DNA of 64,000 nucleotides, taken from assembly GCA_030704615.1 (NCBI GenBank), contig CM060734.1, positions 40,362,001 to 40,426,000 of the forward strand. Reading direction: 5' to 3'. A program made the translations under genes and the position numbers. The DNA is from Takakia lepidozioides. Lineage: Eukaryota; Plantae; Bryophyta. Under the pieces are notes generated by a model. It saw nothing but the letters and a program-made list of their open reading frames with translations, ran no database searches and was not told where the DNA came from. Numbering within the stretch: the stretch's first letter is position 1; every line of letters begins with the position of its first letter. This document shows positions 39,229-52,600 of the stretch, one piece after another.

Positions 39229-39471
39229 AACACGATGCGGTTTGCTATAGTGATGCTTTACTAAAATTTCAAGATAATTACTTTCTGTAGAGGAATTACG
39301 AGATTACGGGGGGAATCATTCGTAATAGTAAGGTTTCCCCACCTGGTTTCAAACTATGTCCTTATTGTAGTTTATGTAAGCAGCATAAGAAGGCAGAGAT
39401 CCCGGAATGTTTTTGGACTCAGAAGAAGGCGCGGGAGATGGATGAGCCTCCCTATTCTCAGTTAACAAAAA

Positions 39472-42400
39472 GTGGAGATGCTAGCTCTGGCGATAGCGCA
39501 GGAGGAGCAGATTCAACTATTGTCTGAACAAGAAGAAACGTCAAGAACACTTGAATTGACTGTTGCAAGAAATCAAGGAGATCATCTTATATTGTCAATT
39601 AAGAAAAAGGGGTTAAAGAGTATGAGGGAATCTCCCGTAACCGCCGAACATAAGGCTAAAGCCAGATCTGATCGATTGGCAGTCAGGATAGCACGACGAG
39701 CATTATTAGCCGCACAGGCAACTGCAGCGGCACCACCTATCGTATCCCCTATTGCAGTCCTTGCACCACCTATTGTACCACCTATTGTACTAATACCAAT
39801 GGCAGCAGTACCAATTGCGGCTGCTCTCCAATCAATTCCAGTAGTGGTGAATGTGGGAACGCCTAACGATAGAACTGTCAATGTATCGCCCCTGCCACAG
39901 TTTACGGGGTTGCAAGGGTCAGATCCTGACCGCCATTTGGCTCAATTTATGACAGCTTGTATTGCTAATAATGCCAAGACGGAATTCTGTTGGTTGACAA
40001 TGTTCCCTGCCACTTTGCGGGACTTAGCATTTCAGTGGTATGATCGACAACAGCATGGAGCATTTCCTGATTGGAACACTTTCCTAACACAGTTTCGACC
40101 CTTGGGATTTACCGATCGTCTACGGGAGCAACTGACAAAACTCCATATGGTGAAAGGCGAGTCGGTCGACTCATTTGCAGGCCGCCTAGAGGATATTCTT
40201 CGGCGATGGAATAATCATAATATTCCTAACCATATGCAGATGGGCCTATTTGTAGAAGGGTTGGCTCCAGCAGAACTGAAACGTTTTGTTAAAGAAGGTA
40301 TTCCTGCTGATTTACAGGCAGCAATTAATCAGGCTAAGTTATGGGAGACTATTAATATCACTACTTATTCAGTTGGGCCCACGACAATGTTTGATACTGA
40401 TTCCTGGGCCCCACAAGCATCGTCAGCTCCAGTGACTATGTCTCCTTCTTCAAATCAGTCTACTGTAGGAATGTATGCCCCTGTATCAGCTGGTGTAGTA
40501 GTTGACCCACAAGAAGGACAGATTGCTGCATTGACTAAGAAAATGGAGGAACTCTCCGTGCAATTAGCTTCTAAACGCGAAGGGAGACCAAAGCCAAATA
40601 ATCAACGACCCAATATGTGGTGTTCTAATTGTCAGGTTCATGGACATCTTGTTAATGAGTGCCCAGTGGGCCCAGTGACCAATCCCATTAATGGAGCTAC
40701 TGTTAAATGTGGTTATTGTGGTAAAACAGGGCATGTGATATTACAATGTTGGCATTTTTAATCGGCTATGGGTCTAACTCCAATAAAGAATAAATCAAGG
40801 ACGGGTTGGGATGTCAATCAAATCGGGTCGACTCCACCATCTGCCAACCAGCATGTGGCTGCTCAATGGTCTGACCAACCTCCCCAGACTCAGCAACCCT
40901 GGAGACCAACTTGAGGACCCCAGAGCCCAGTCGGCTAATCAGCCTACTCGACAGCAAGTGTGGAGGATACCACCTCAGGGAGCTTATGGTCAAACCTATG
41001 GGGGCGGAGAAGGCCAACAGCAGCAGATGTATCCACAACAGACCAATGCTCCTTATCGGCCACCGGCTCGACGATTGAGGAATGGTCAATATCCGATTTG
41101 CTATCGTTGTCATGAGATGGGACATATTGCCAGCGAATGCCCTAATCCGAAAGCCCCGGTTGATTATATCCCACTGTCTGGGCATTGTGGAGGTCAGGGA
41201 CATACTGCTGAACAATGTGAGAGTCCATACCCCCAAAATCCCATCCATCAGCAAACTTCATCAATCCCTACACTTCCTGGTTCAAGACCAGTACCACCAA
41301 CTGCAAGGCCATCACATTATTTTGGAAATACTAATGCCAATCGAGTTGTGAACCGAGTAACAATGCAAGAATGTGTGAGTGATATGAATTTGGCTGATAA
41401 GATAGCCACCTTGAAAGGCAAAGACAAATGGAAACAGCCGATACCCCTTTGCAATCTTATTATTTTGATTGCCAATGGACCCTATCGTGGAAAACTTTGC
41501 CTTAAAAACCCCCGATAGCATGAATTCCAAGCCAATTGAGGAGGTACAACGATCTTTGCCCATTATGCCCGGTATTCATCCGATACCAACGATGATATCG
41601 CCTAGTTTGGTTGTCCATCCACCTTCCACTATCGTGCACTCTATCGACCCGGATCCTGTCATCGCAGTTACGATACCCCAATCCAGAACAGAGCCAGTCC
41701 AGCGGAGAAATAGAGGGAGGTATACTGGTCCGAAATGGGCAATGGCAAGATAGGACACCCCAAGGGGTCTCGACGGAGAAGGGTCATGGCACTGACTAAG
41801 GGCTTGGTTCATTATGATATACTTAAAGACCTGGACACATTGCAACCTGCTATTTCTTTGCGGCAGCTGTCGGCTATCGCACCTCAATGCCAAGCTTCTT
41901 TGCAGTCATCTCTAGTGCGGAAACAAGCAACGAATAACGACATCCATGAAGTGAGTATATCCACACTCAATCCGGATCCAGGTGCCCCCGTCCTTGATGT
42001 GACAATAGATGGCGTTGTTATTACTGGAGTTCAAATTGACGGTGGTTCTAGTGTCAATCTAATGAGTTCCGACACAATGGAGGAGTTTGGACTTGGTGGT
42101 TTACAGAACACTCGATTGGTGTTACGGATGGCCGATCAAAGCCGTGTCAAACCAATGGGCGTCCTGACTGCCGTCCCAACTATAATTGTTACTATTGAGT
42201 ATTCCATTGATTATGTTGTCTTCCGACTAAATGTCTCGGCCTATTCTTACCCCATCTTATTATGACGACCATGGTTGTTCCAATCTAAAGCTAAAAATGA
42301 TTGGGGGAAAGGCACTTTGACTCTGGGAAAAGGAGAACAAAAGGTGGTGTTGCAAATGTACCCAGTAGCATATCATCGGGAGACACAGGAGATAGAATCT

Positions 42401-42492
42401 GAGTTTACCTCTGAAGCTGACGAGAGGACCAGTGACACCGATAGTGATCTTCAAGTCCTACCATTGTCACCTAAACATACACAGAGCCGGCG
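39472..42492 (+). pseudogene. Gypsy gag and aspartic protease (frameshifted)
   Basis: Retrotrans_gag-like LPQFTGLQGSDPDRHL..FPATLRDLAFQWY. CCHC knuckles CSNCQVHGHLVNEC, CGYCGKTGHVILQC, CYRCHEMGHIASEC and a degenerate fourth. Protease VQIDGGSSVNLM. Confidence 0.88.
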
Positions 42493-42615
42493 CAGGGATG
42501 CCTCGGCGTGAGCCTGGTCACGTGAGCGCGTGAGCGCGTGAGCGCGACTGCGCTCACGCCACGTCACCTTGCGCAAATGCCACGTCACGGGGCTCAGTCC
42601 ACGTCATCACACGTG
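42493..42615 (+). repeat. Left TIR and subterminal GCGTGAGC / GCCACGTCA repeats
   Basis: Several GCGTGAGC, GCTCACGC and (G)CCACGTCA motifs, mirrored at the right end. Confidence 0.85.
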
Positions 42616-43527
42616 GAGGCCGAGTCACCACGCACCCAGAAAGAAGTGGAGTGTATTCCCGCGGATTGGCACCCTTTACCGCGGAAACAAGCTGGACGAC
42701 ATAATAAAAGGCATTGAATAAATGATGGATGAATGTACAGTTGGATGATAAACAGATGGATGAGTTTGAAAAATCTATGTAGATGGATGAATGACGGATG
42801 GATAAGAGTAAAATGGATGAATGTATAATGGATGTTGAGCAATGACAAAAATTCATGACAGGAAGATGCATGACCAAATCTTTTGACGAATGCACAAAGT
42901 ATATGAAATGAGTGTGGAAGGTTTGTGGGGTGGATTAAAGAGTACAGAGGATGAATGTACAATGGATGTTGTACAAAGGAAGCTTTCATGAATGGAGCAC
43001 GCATGAATACAGTGTAGATGAATGCACAATGGATATGAGAAGAGTCAGGAAGGTTTGTGAGATGGATTCATACATATAGCAATTTAAACGAAAGTTGATT
43101 CTGTGATTATTATTTGTTCTAAAGGAACAACTACGGTAGAGTAAGGGGATTCAACGTTTTCCAGATAATATGAAAATGAATATTAAAAGAATACAGTTCA
43201 GTCTGACTCAGAGTCAGTACAATGTATCCCCTCTTCCTCTGCATCTAAGTCTAAGTATTTTAGAACACCGGATCCACGCTGGATACACCTACGGCTGGCC
43301 ACTAAAAAGTCAGGGGATAGGGACTCGGACGCGTGAAGTGCCATTGCTTCGGCATAAACAGGGAGCAGAAAATTGGAAAGGGGGCTGTCGAAAACAGACT
43401 CGCCAGAAATGACTGTATCTCCTGAAGATCCACCGCTGGCTTTCCTGAAAGACAGCCTGAAAAAGTTATTACTGTAACTTTGATGTTATCGAGAAATTGA
43501 GTATGACTCCCAAAGAGGGTTTAGCAC

Positions 43528-46500
43528 TTACTCACATGAAAAGTCGTTGTCGACCTGCTTATCTTCGGGATCGTCATCATTTCGAATATGAATCCGATCA
43601 GTCTGTGTGCCTGAAGTGGAGCCAGACAAAAGGGGGAGGAGCACTGTGTTGTAGAGGTCAGAATCACCCTCCATACCAAAAAGGCTTCTTCCGCCTGCCT
43701 TGCATGCGTGGTAAGTTGCTCCTGCACCAGACAGGAGAACATAAACAGTTTGGAGGAGGGGATTTAAGCAGATGAAACTGTTGAAAGGAAACCAATTCGG
43801 AAGGGAGAAAACGAACCTGTGGACACAGAAAGATCGACCACCCGTGCAGAGCGGTGGCTGCATGACTCCAGCAGTATTTGCATGAATGCTGGTGACTTTT
43901 CCTTTGCACCTCTCCAGGGAGTGCCATCTGGTCTCTTCAGAGTCTGACTGGACTGCATGAAGTTGTACAAAATGTCATCGACATGGGGCTCATAGGGGGG
44001 GTTGACGAAACAACCCTGGTCAGAAATCTCAAAGCTGCGGATGGAGGATGGTGTCTTTGATGTGCGAATCCTCCGCAGGCAGATCGCCTCGAACATCCTC
44101 GTCTGCCAAAGATAGCAGGTTAGTGTGGTAAACACAATCTAAAGTGGAAGTGTGTACATCGGCTATTCAGAACTCTGACACCAAAAAACCATGAATCGTT
44201 GATGATCGGTGTCGATCATAAAACATTCTACTAGAGTGGAGCTGCAGAGAAAATTGAAACTCATGATCAAAGCATAAGCAGAAGGCAGACGGCATACCAG
44301 CTGACCAGGGAAACCCCCTTTCACAAGGTAGAGGCTGTTCACACAATTCCATGTGCGCAAAACTTCAAACCCTGAAGACTTGAGGTATGATGCCAATGCC
44401 CGACGACTATCATTGTCACATGACTGAAAAAGCAGAAGTGTCCCTGCATCAGAGAGGAAATTGTTACAGAACCCGAATACCCAACTCCAGTAGTTGTCCT
44501 CGAATTTGTTCCACCCTGGCGTCTTGCCCTTTGGAAGAACTTCTGGCACAGCCTGGCCATCCGGGATGTCGAGAATGACAATGTCGGCCGCATAAGTTTT
44601 CTGCACACCGCACACGAAGGTGGGACCTGTGCTCACCTGCAACAGACATGTTTTTTATAAGAACGATGGCAAGAATGTTTTCAAAGAACGAGACTGAAAT
44701 ACTGCCAACGAAACATTCAGAGAAAAAGGAAAGAAACTGGAATTCTCACCAGATTGAGGAATGAGATTATATTGTCCCAGGTAGGGGATGGCACCCCAGT
44801 GTATCCTCTCTTTCGACTCTGCATCATCGAAAGCCAACCCTCATTAACAATTTTCATCTCTCCTGCTGAATCAGAACGGGAAGGGTGTGGCTTGGCATCG
44901 AACACGCACTGAAGAGTGCGGGTATATCTTCCAGCACTAAAGTCCTGCCCACTCTCCATCTCCTTTTCATTCTCCTTCCCCTTGTCCTTTTCCTTCTCTT
45001 TGGACTTGTCTTTGTCCTTTGGCTTTGCTGGTGAGATGGCTATGACATCAACAGCCTTGTCTTTTGGTTTGCGGCCCGCCTTCTTTCCCTTCTGCGGCGT
45101 TCCCTGAGCATCAGGCTCCTTGGCAGCCAAGGTTGCTATGTTTCGTTGATACTCTTCGTCAGTCAAAGGCGCCAGCATCTCAGCGTTATTGTTCAAGTAT
45201 TTCATATGCTGTTCTTGAAAGGTCGTGTGCTCAGGTGGGCAGTCAAGGTACCACCCACAGTCTCTGAAGTGAGAAGGACTCCAGTCCTTCAATATCCCTG
45301 CAGTATACATGGTTGGATCGTTTGCAGGGTCCGACCACATGTCAAGATAGTCGGGAATTCCGCTCAGGTGATTTCCTTCCATAAGCACATATTTCGTGTA
45401 CCTGAAAAAAGGAGATGAATCCCAACCCACAAAAGCGCTCAGTGAGTAAGATGCAAGTAGAACAGAAAGAATAAAACATGGATTGAAATGGCTCTGACAA
45501 CTGCTCCAAGGACCTTTCAGGACCACACTACTGCTCCAGATATGAATGTCGTCAACGCCATTCAGAACATTCCATTCCATGACACTGTAAATACATCCTA
45601 ATCCAGGTGAATGCAAATAAGCGATTAGAAATGACACAGACATAGAAGTGAATGTCGTCAACGACATTCAAGAATGAAGCCAAATTATTACTGAAATGAA
45701 GCAAAATCACAGGATGGAAATAAAAAAATTGAGTAAGGAACCATCCAGGAAAACTCAATGCACATTCATAACGAACCTATCACTGAGGACCTCACAACAT
45801 CACTGTATGTGAATGGCGTCAACGCCATTCACAAAAATACAAAAAAGAAACCAATTACTTAGCTCCCCAATCCATGAAAATTGAATTTGTCGTTTTTGAA
45901 TAATACAGACACAGCTGTGAATGTCGTCAACGACATTCACTTTGGATTTCTTAAAACAGAGCTTATCAAGCCTCCATATTCATCGCAAGAGGAAAAAACA
46001 ATGCAGAACAACTGAATGTCTGCATTGACATTCAGCAAAATGAAGTGATCAACCCTCATTGTAACCTCTATGGACATTACAAAAATTTAAATAACCTTGA
46101 GGACCACACAACAACTCCGTATGTGAATGTCGTCAACGCCATTCAAGGACATTATCAATTCTAATCAGGGACAATATAATTGCACCCTTAGATCCTAACC
46201 AGGTGAATTCATATACTCGCTTAAGAATGACTCAGACAAAGAAGTGAATGTCGTCAACGACATTCAATCTGGATCTAAGATTGCAATCCATATGAAGCCA
46301 CAATTTTTCCCAAAAAAACAGTAGAGTTTCAAGTATGACATTTCACCTGTACACAACTCGCATCATGGCCCACTCTCCTCCAACCTGACTGTCAAAGTCG
46401 TTGGACCGTAAAATGTTACCATCTTTGGAGAACTCCCGGAAAAAACAGTATCTCCAGGTGAGACCTCTCCACTTCCTTATGTATGCCTCCAATGACATTT

Positions 46501-48835
46501 GGGGAGGGGAAACAATCGCAATGTTCAGGTCCTTCAAAGTCTGATCCAGCACAATGACGGCGCGCTTTTCGAGCTGCAAATAGTATATTTGTCAGAATTG
46601 CAAAAAAGAAACACATCACATACTTGAAGAGAAGAAACAGCATGTTCGAATACACACCTGACTCCAAAATGTAGCCTTGTGGAGCCAGTTATCAAACACC
46701 AAATCACTGATTCCTTCCACCTTTGTGCCAGGCTGTATGGTGCTCTTTGGGAACTGATTCAAGTCCTTTACTGTTTGATCTGAGTTCCATATCTCCAGCC
46801 ACCTTATTTTTGTTTGTGGGTCGACCATCGATATGGCCAGCCGGTGCAATTTCTCCTGCTGCATCTCCGGATGCACATGCTTGTCATAGTGTGTTTTGAT
46901 CTGCTGAAGGAACTCAGGACCAAGTCCAGGATCTACTATTCTAAGCTGCTTTCCGAAGGCTGACATCAATTTGGTTCTTCGCATCTCAAACTCCTTCTTT
47001 ATTGCAGCTTCCACACCCTTTGATGTCCTTAGTTCCTCTGGTGTAGTGCGGTAATATTCGGATTTTCCCTTCTCAGCTGCCTCTGCCAGTTCTTGCTGCA
47101 TTCATTCAAGTAGTGATTAGCTCCGAAGGGACTCTAAACATGTATTCGAAAAGTAAACAGATTACAGACTCGGGCTTACCGCATACATGTACTCCAGAAA
47201 CGCCTCTCGTGTCAAAGAATACCAAGTGCCTGCAGCTCTTCCTGTTTCGCACTTCTTGATGATATTGGGTGGTAGTACTGTCCGAAAATCATCCAGCTTC
47301 ATCAGACCAATCCTCTGAATTCGGAATAGTGTGTGAACCAAGCTTGTTGTCACATGCGATTTCTCTGTCGATCTGCAAAAACATTGAAAACATTGCATTC
47401 CTTAACACTGTTTTTTGAGGATCAACAAGACACTACAGAGGGAATCAAATCTCCTGGATGACTTACTTGTTCACGTCGTGCATAGCTGTAAGAAGCCTAG
47501 CGATGTCGTTTCCTGGATCCAAAACCATTGCCTCCACAGCAACATGCTTGTCTTTGTCTTTCGAATGGTGTTTCTGAATGTATCCCATCCATGCCAGCAA
47601 TCGGTGGTTGCCGTCCCAGACGTAGAACATGTGGTTGCAAAATTGCTGGGTGTTCTTTCCCATCATGAGGCCCAGCTCGAACTCCTCATTGGCATCTTTC
47701 CAGCACTCATCCCAGTTATCACTGATCTCTGGAGAAACTAATGTGCTTTTCCCATTTATATCCGTCAGTGACACATAAAAAACTTGTGCACCAAGTCTAT
47801 ATCCATGCACAAAATCACTCTCCAATTTTGTTATGTCATGGGAAAGAGGTGGACGCACAACAGGCATTGATATCATCCGGCACAGAGGTATGTCCAGACG
47901 CCCTCCAGATACGAGCATGTCCCTTATAACCTCCTGAGAGTTTACCTTCTGGAATGACATGAGTTCTTTCACCTTGTCAAGGTAGTGCACTTCGGATTCA
48001 TCTGCTTCATCTGTATTCTCTGAGCTTTTTGCGGACTCGTCCCCATCTCCAGATCCTTTCCCCTCTGATCCTGTAGGCTTCGACCTCACAGTTTTCTGCA
48101 CGATGCCATTCAGTTCTGACTAAGTGATTTGCAAATAGTGAATGGCGGTAACGACAATCACTCTGTATCAAGGAAACTCACCATGAATGGTGTGAAAGAA
48201 TTCAGCACAATCTACACATGCAAAGCCGAGACTGCCGTATTCAAAACAAAAGTGAGAGCGATAGCGAACGGCGTTAACGACAATCACAAAAGATAACAAC
48301 CTGCCGGATCGGTGTTGTGTAATGACATATATGTGCAACTGATTGGCGGCAACGACATTCAGTGTAGTTTAGGGAGAATAGTAAGTGCAGACTCTCTCTT
48401 CAAACACATAGGTACATAAATCTCATGAGCAGAATCGAATGGCGTTAACGACGCTCGCGATTCAGTAGTTCCTGCTAAAGAATGGAAGAGGAAGGACTCC
48501 TTGAAAGGCAATCACACAGACTATATGATAAAACTTACTGGCACCTTCTTAGGTTTTGAAATTTGATCCCCTTCTGCAGCTTTCCTCTTCCCTCTCACAT
48601 CTGCTGGAGTTTCTGTCTGCGCAAGGGTTTCTTGACCTTCTTCAGGTTCGGCGTTCCGCGTGCTTCCACCTTCTTCAGTGTCCCTGCGATTCATCTCTGC
48701 CTCCACAGGCTGGCGCACTCTTATCGCCGACTGTGTCGCAGCCGCTGCCTCAGTCTCCGTCTGCTCTTGTGAATCAGTCTCCGCGTTCACCTGCTGCCTT
48801 GGCCCTGTGTTCTCCAACAAACGACGCCTCGTCAT
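43528..48835 (-). CDS. ParB/Srx-domain plus beta-class amino-DNA-methyltransferase fusion protein, 9 exons, ~1084 aa
   Basis: Exons 48835-48539, 48095-47467, 47372-47180, 47095-46658, 46573-46347, 45401-44750, 44636-44298, 44102-43817 and 43721-43528. All are GT-AG with compatible phases, total 3255 nt. ParB motif FYVWDGNHRLLAW. MTase motif IV position ADIVILDIPDG, then KEKSPAFMQILLE and motif I VVDLSVSTGATYHACKAGGRSLFGMEGD. Confidence 0.8.
45543..46266. repeat. Array of seven 22-bp palindromes in intron 5 of the ParB-MTase gene
   Basis: TGAATG(T/G)CGTCAACG(A/C)CATTCA at 45543, 45649, 45810, 45918, 46124 and 46245, plus variant TGAATGTCTGCATTGACATTCA at 46013. Confidence 0.92.
48139..48457. 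repeat. Four degenerate copies of the same palindrome in intron 1
   Basis: TGAATGGCGGTAACGACAATCA (48139), CGAACGGCGTTAACGACAATCA (48265), TGATTGGCGGCAACGACATTCA (48340), CGAATGGCGTTAACGACGCTCG (48436). Confidence 0.8.
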
Positions 48836-49690
48836 TTTCTCTCTTGCTCTGCGTCTCTCTCTAAGGGAAGTAAAATAAAGAGACTTTCTTCTCTTTCGTA
48901 TTCTAGAAGGAACCCTCTCCAGCTTGACTACCACTCTCCCTCTAAGCGCGAAAAGTAGAAAAACGCAGTGACTCCCGATTTCTTGCGGGATTGCCTGTGT
49001 TCTTGCGTGTCTCTAGAAGCATCGGATTCCCTCCCGCGTGACCGTTACACATAGTCGTTTCGTTATTAGTGCACATGCCAGCAATTGGTGTACAGCTGTT
49101 CGTATTCAGTTATGGATGTCTGACGTGTGCCGCCCAAAACAAAACGGCGTGTTCTAAATTATAACTGGTTCAATATTTAAAAAGAACAGCGAATCCCAGA
49201 AATTGATGCGCAGTCTTAAACAAATAAATATAAATGAACGAGAGTTTGATGACAAATTTTGGAATATCATACACGGTCATCCTTGTTATCCAAACCCCAC
49301 ATTCGTTGCACATTTGGAACTTTCCAGGTGCGCATGATCATTGGTAGTAGTATATAGATACATTTACTTAATCTGCAATCCCATTCTCGGATCCTGTGGC
49401 ATGCTTCCAGGAAGTCGGCTTTGTTATTGGGTTTATTGATGAGGTTCTGATTAACGGTTTAACAGTTGCCGACACTGCCCCTATGGATTCTCTGACCACT
49501 GGGCCCACAAGAAAAGTAATTAAAATGGACGGCTGCATATCTGGAATGAATAACAGAATATGCACAGTCGTTATCTGAGCTTCCTCCGCCATATGCTCTG
49601 CTCATTCTTCAACTGTGTTCTGGAGACAGCAGTAAACCGATTTACACTAGATCTGCGATAGCAAGGTACAAACATACTCGAGGAAGGAAG

Positions 49691-52600
49691 ATGGCTTCCT
49701 CTGAAGCGGAGTTCTTCTCAGACGACAAACCAGTGCCGTTCTCCCAGGAAGTCCTTGACAATGGATTTGCAATTGTTCTGGAACATGTCTTGGCTACCCG
49801 TTTTCAGCTGCAGAATGGCTCCATCTTTTTGGAGAAAGAGGTTTACGATCTGAAAGGGAAGTTGGTGAAATATTCTTTCCAAAACCGTGATGAGACGGCT
49901 CATATCAGCCAGTGGAGAGTGCGTCCTGGTCGATACAGAGTACTTGGAGAGCCTCGGCGAAAGTCCCTTGGGTCATATGTGACGCCCGGGACTGCTGCTT
50001 CGGTCGTTGAAGACAAGAGGGAGGTGGTGGTGAAAAAAGAACAGACTTCCTCCACTCCAATCGTTGAGCTTTCGGATTCTTCCGATGATGACATAAGTGA
50101 AATTCCAAATCCAGTCCTTCCTACTGTGGTTGCAGAAGCTGATGAAGAAGAGATTTGTAGTGTCATTCCAAAATTGCGGGCGATGGGAGGAATGGCTGGA
50201 TTCAAAAGTGAGTTGCGGGGAATTGATTGGGAATCTTTGAAGCAGGTGCCTGTGAAGTTCTTGCCGGAGACTTTTGATGGCGATATCCTATTCGAGCTGC
50301 CTCCTCCTCCGCGAGTTGGAGGTGTAACAATCATGATGCATGGAATGGACAAGAAACACGACGGGCACCCGTGGTGCAGAACAAAAACATCCAATATTCA
50401 GAATGATGACAAGCTTGTTTTCAGGAGGACAGTTTGCAATGGACACCTTAGGTGTGATAATTTGAATTGCAGACACTTTCTTCAGTCTGGAGTTCATAAT
50501 CAAAGCGAATGGGAGGGTCTGGCGGAGAATCCATTTCAGCCTGGGACTGCCCCTCCACCGGCAAACACTTTCGTCTGCAAATTCTGCAAACTTGTGCCAT
50601 CCTGCTTGGCGCTCTGCGGAGCAAGAATGTACTATGTTGTCCACCGTTTGAATACAATGACGAGAGCTTGTGTGCATTTTGGATTCCATAACCATCCTGT
50701 CTCGAAGGGGGATTACAGGGAGAGTGTTGAGACAGTATCGAGGTTGATCAAACAGGAGTTCGGGAGAAACCCATCCGCAACAACATCTGCAATTGCTCTT
50801 GGCGCAAGCAAGTCCTTCTTGGAAAGCCATATTTTGAGTGAAGGAGATTCTGTGGGGACTAAACTTGACGGTGCAGCATTGGACCTGGTCATGGATCATT
50901 TCTCCACTTTAAGTTCACCTAACATTCGGCATCAGATCAATGCATTGAGAATGGGCTCTGGGATCAGAGGCTACATAGACAATATTTTGGAATTGAAACG
51001 ACTGAGCAAGTACGATTACATCCAGGACAATGTATTCCCAGGTCAAGGTGCCATCAAAGTTTTTCTTTTCAAAATGTCGACTGTTGGGGAGGGCAGTGGG
51101 GTTAGCCTCGTGAAGCGGATGCAGAAGACTGGGGACTTGCAGAACTGTTTTCTTATGTTTGATCATGTGAAACGAGTGAAGGATTGGACGACAATGGCTT
51201 GTCATGTCTACGATCCAGTGTACCAACGAGTTATGACAATTGCAGTTTGTGACATGCAATCCGAGGATACGGAATCCCAGAAGCTCATGTGGAATTCCCT
51301 GATACGTGTCATGGGCTGCCATGGGCTGCCATCTCCAAATTTCGCAGGTTTCATGGCGGATAGTGCTCAAGCAAATTTCAATGCTATTCGTATTGTCTTC
51401 GGATCGGGCGACCCAAAAGTGCCTATGCCAGGAAGAGAGCGTACATGTCTATTCCATTGGACACAATCTCTGGAAAAACATACAAAGTCGGACATCAAAC
51501 CAGAGATGCAGACTCAGCACCGTAAATTGTGCAAAGAGTACAAAGATGCTAGAACAATGAAGGAGGCGGACACTTTGTTCCAGACAATTCGTGCCTGGTG
51601 GTTCTCTTCTGGAGCTGCATCACTTGAGAGTATGAGAGCATTGGAAGATTGGCTGGCGTTTTGGCACTTCCGGTATAGACAGTGGGGAGCAGCCATGACA
51701 ATGGTACGAGGCTTCTATTTCATGCTTTATTCATACATTTGCTTTCCATATTTTTGACTCATTGCTTTCTTTATGTTGTTTCTGTGCACTATTCTGAAGT
51801 GTGGTTATCCTCTTTGCAGAACATGTCCATTGAGGAAATGGCAGACATGCCATCTTGCAATTTGGCAGAAACTGTGCACAATGCATGGTTGCAGCAGTCT
51901 GGGAAACGAGGTCGGGATTTGTATGTGGCAACAACAGATGATTTGATACGTGCCTTGCAACAACAAACCCGATACCGTGATTTCTTACGAGGTGGGGTTG
52001 GTGGCAAGGGTCCGGACAAATCGGAGTTGATGTTGCGTGCTGCAAACAGATCTGGGGATCCAATCAAGATAGCACGGGCGGTGAGCATGTATGCCCAGGG
52101 AACGCCACTTGTTTCTAGAGTTCCACATCTTGAAGGGGAGGAGAGATTCGGCTCCTGTAAGAGGAAATTGAACACTCCACCTGGTTCGGATTCAGATTCC
52201 CACAGGGCAGACCGTGATAACTTCTCGAAGCCTCGTGTTCCCCTGCATGACAGCTCCGTGTCCGGAACCTCCATTGTGGAGGAACCTCCAACACGACGGC
52301 AAGCTCCAGCATCAAACCGTGCCACTGAAATGGTGCAGGAGAGAAACAACCCCCTTGATGTGCTTGAGTCCGCATGCCCCGACCACGTTTGGCACATAGA
52401 ACGCACAAGTGTCGGGTCTCGTGTGAAATGTACAGCGATCAGGGCAACTAATTTCGAGAAGTGCACTTCATCTATATCCAGAGGTGGTGCCCGAACTCCT
52501 GCTCCGACTTTCACGGGCTTGATGCGTCCATACGGTCAACCAGAAGCCAAGAACCACAAGTTCTGGTTCTGCGCAGATGATTGTGCCAGATGTGTGCATG

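Noticed and set aside
44655-44837. Apparent frameshift or alternative ORF in exon 6 of the ParB-MTase gene
   Set aside because: The main frame splices in phase 0 (..SFLNL|VSTGP..) to exon 7, so no frameshift is needed.
45543-46266. CRISPR array interpretation of the spaced palindromes
   Set aside because: Spacers are 73-139 bp, irregular and partly homologous to each other. There are no cas genes, and the array lies in a spliceosomal intron.
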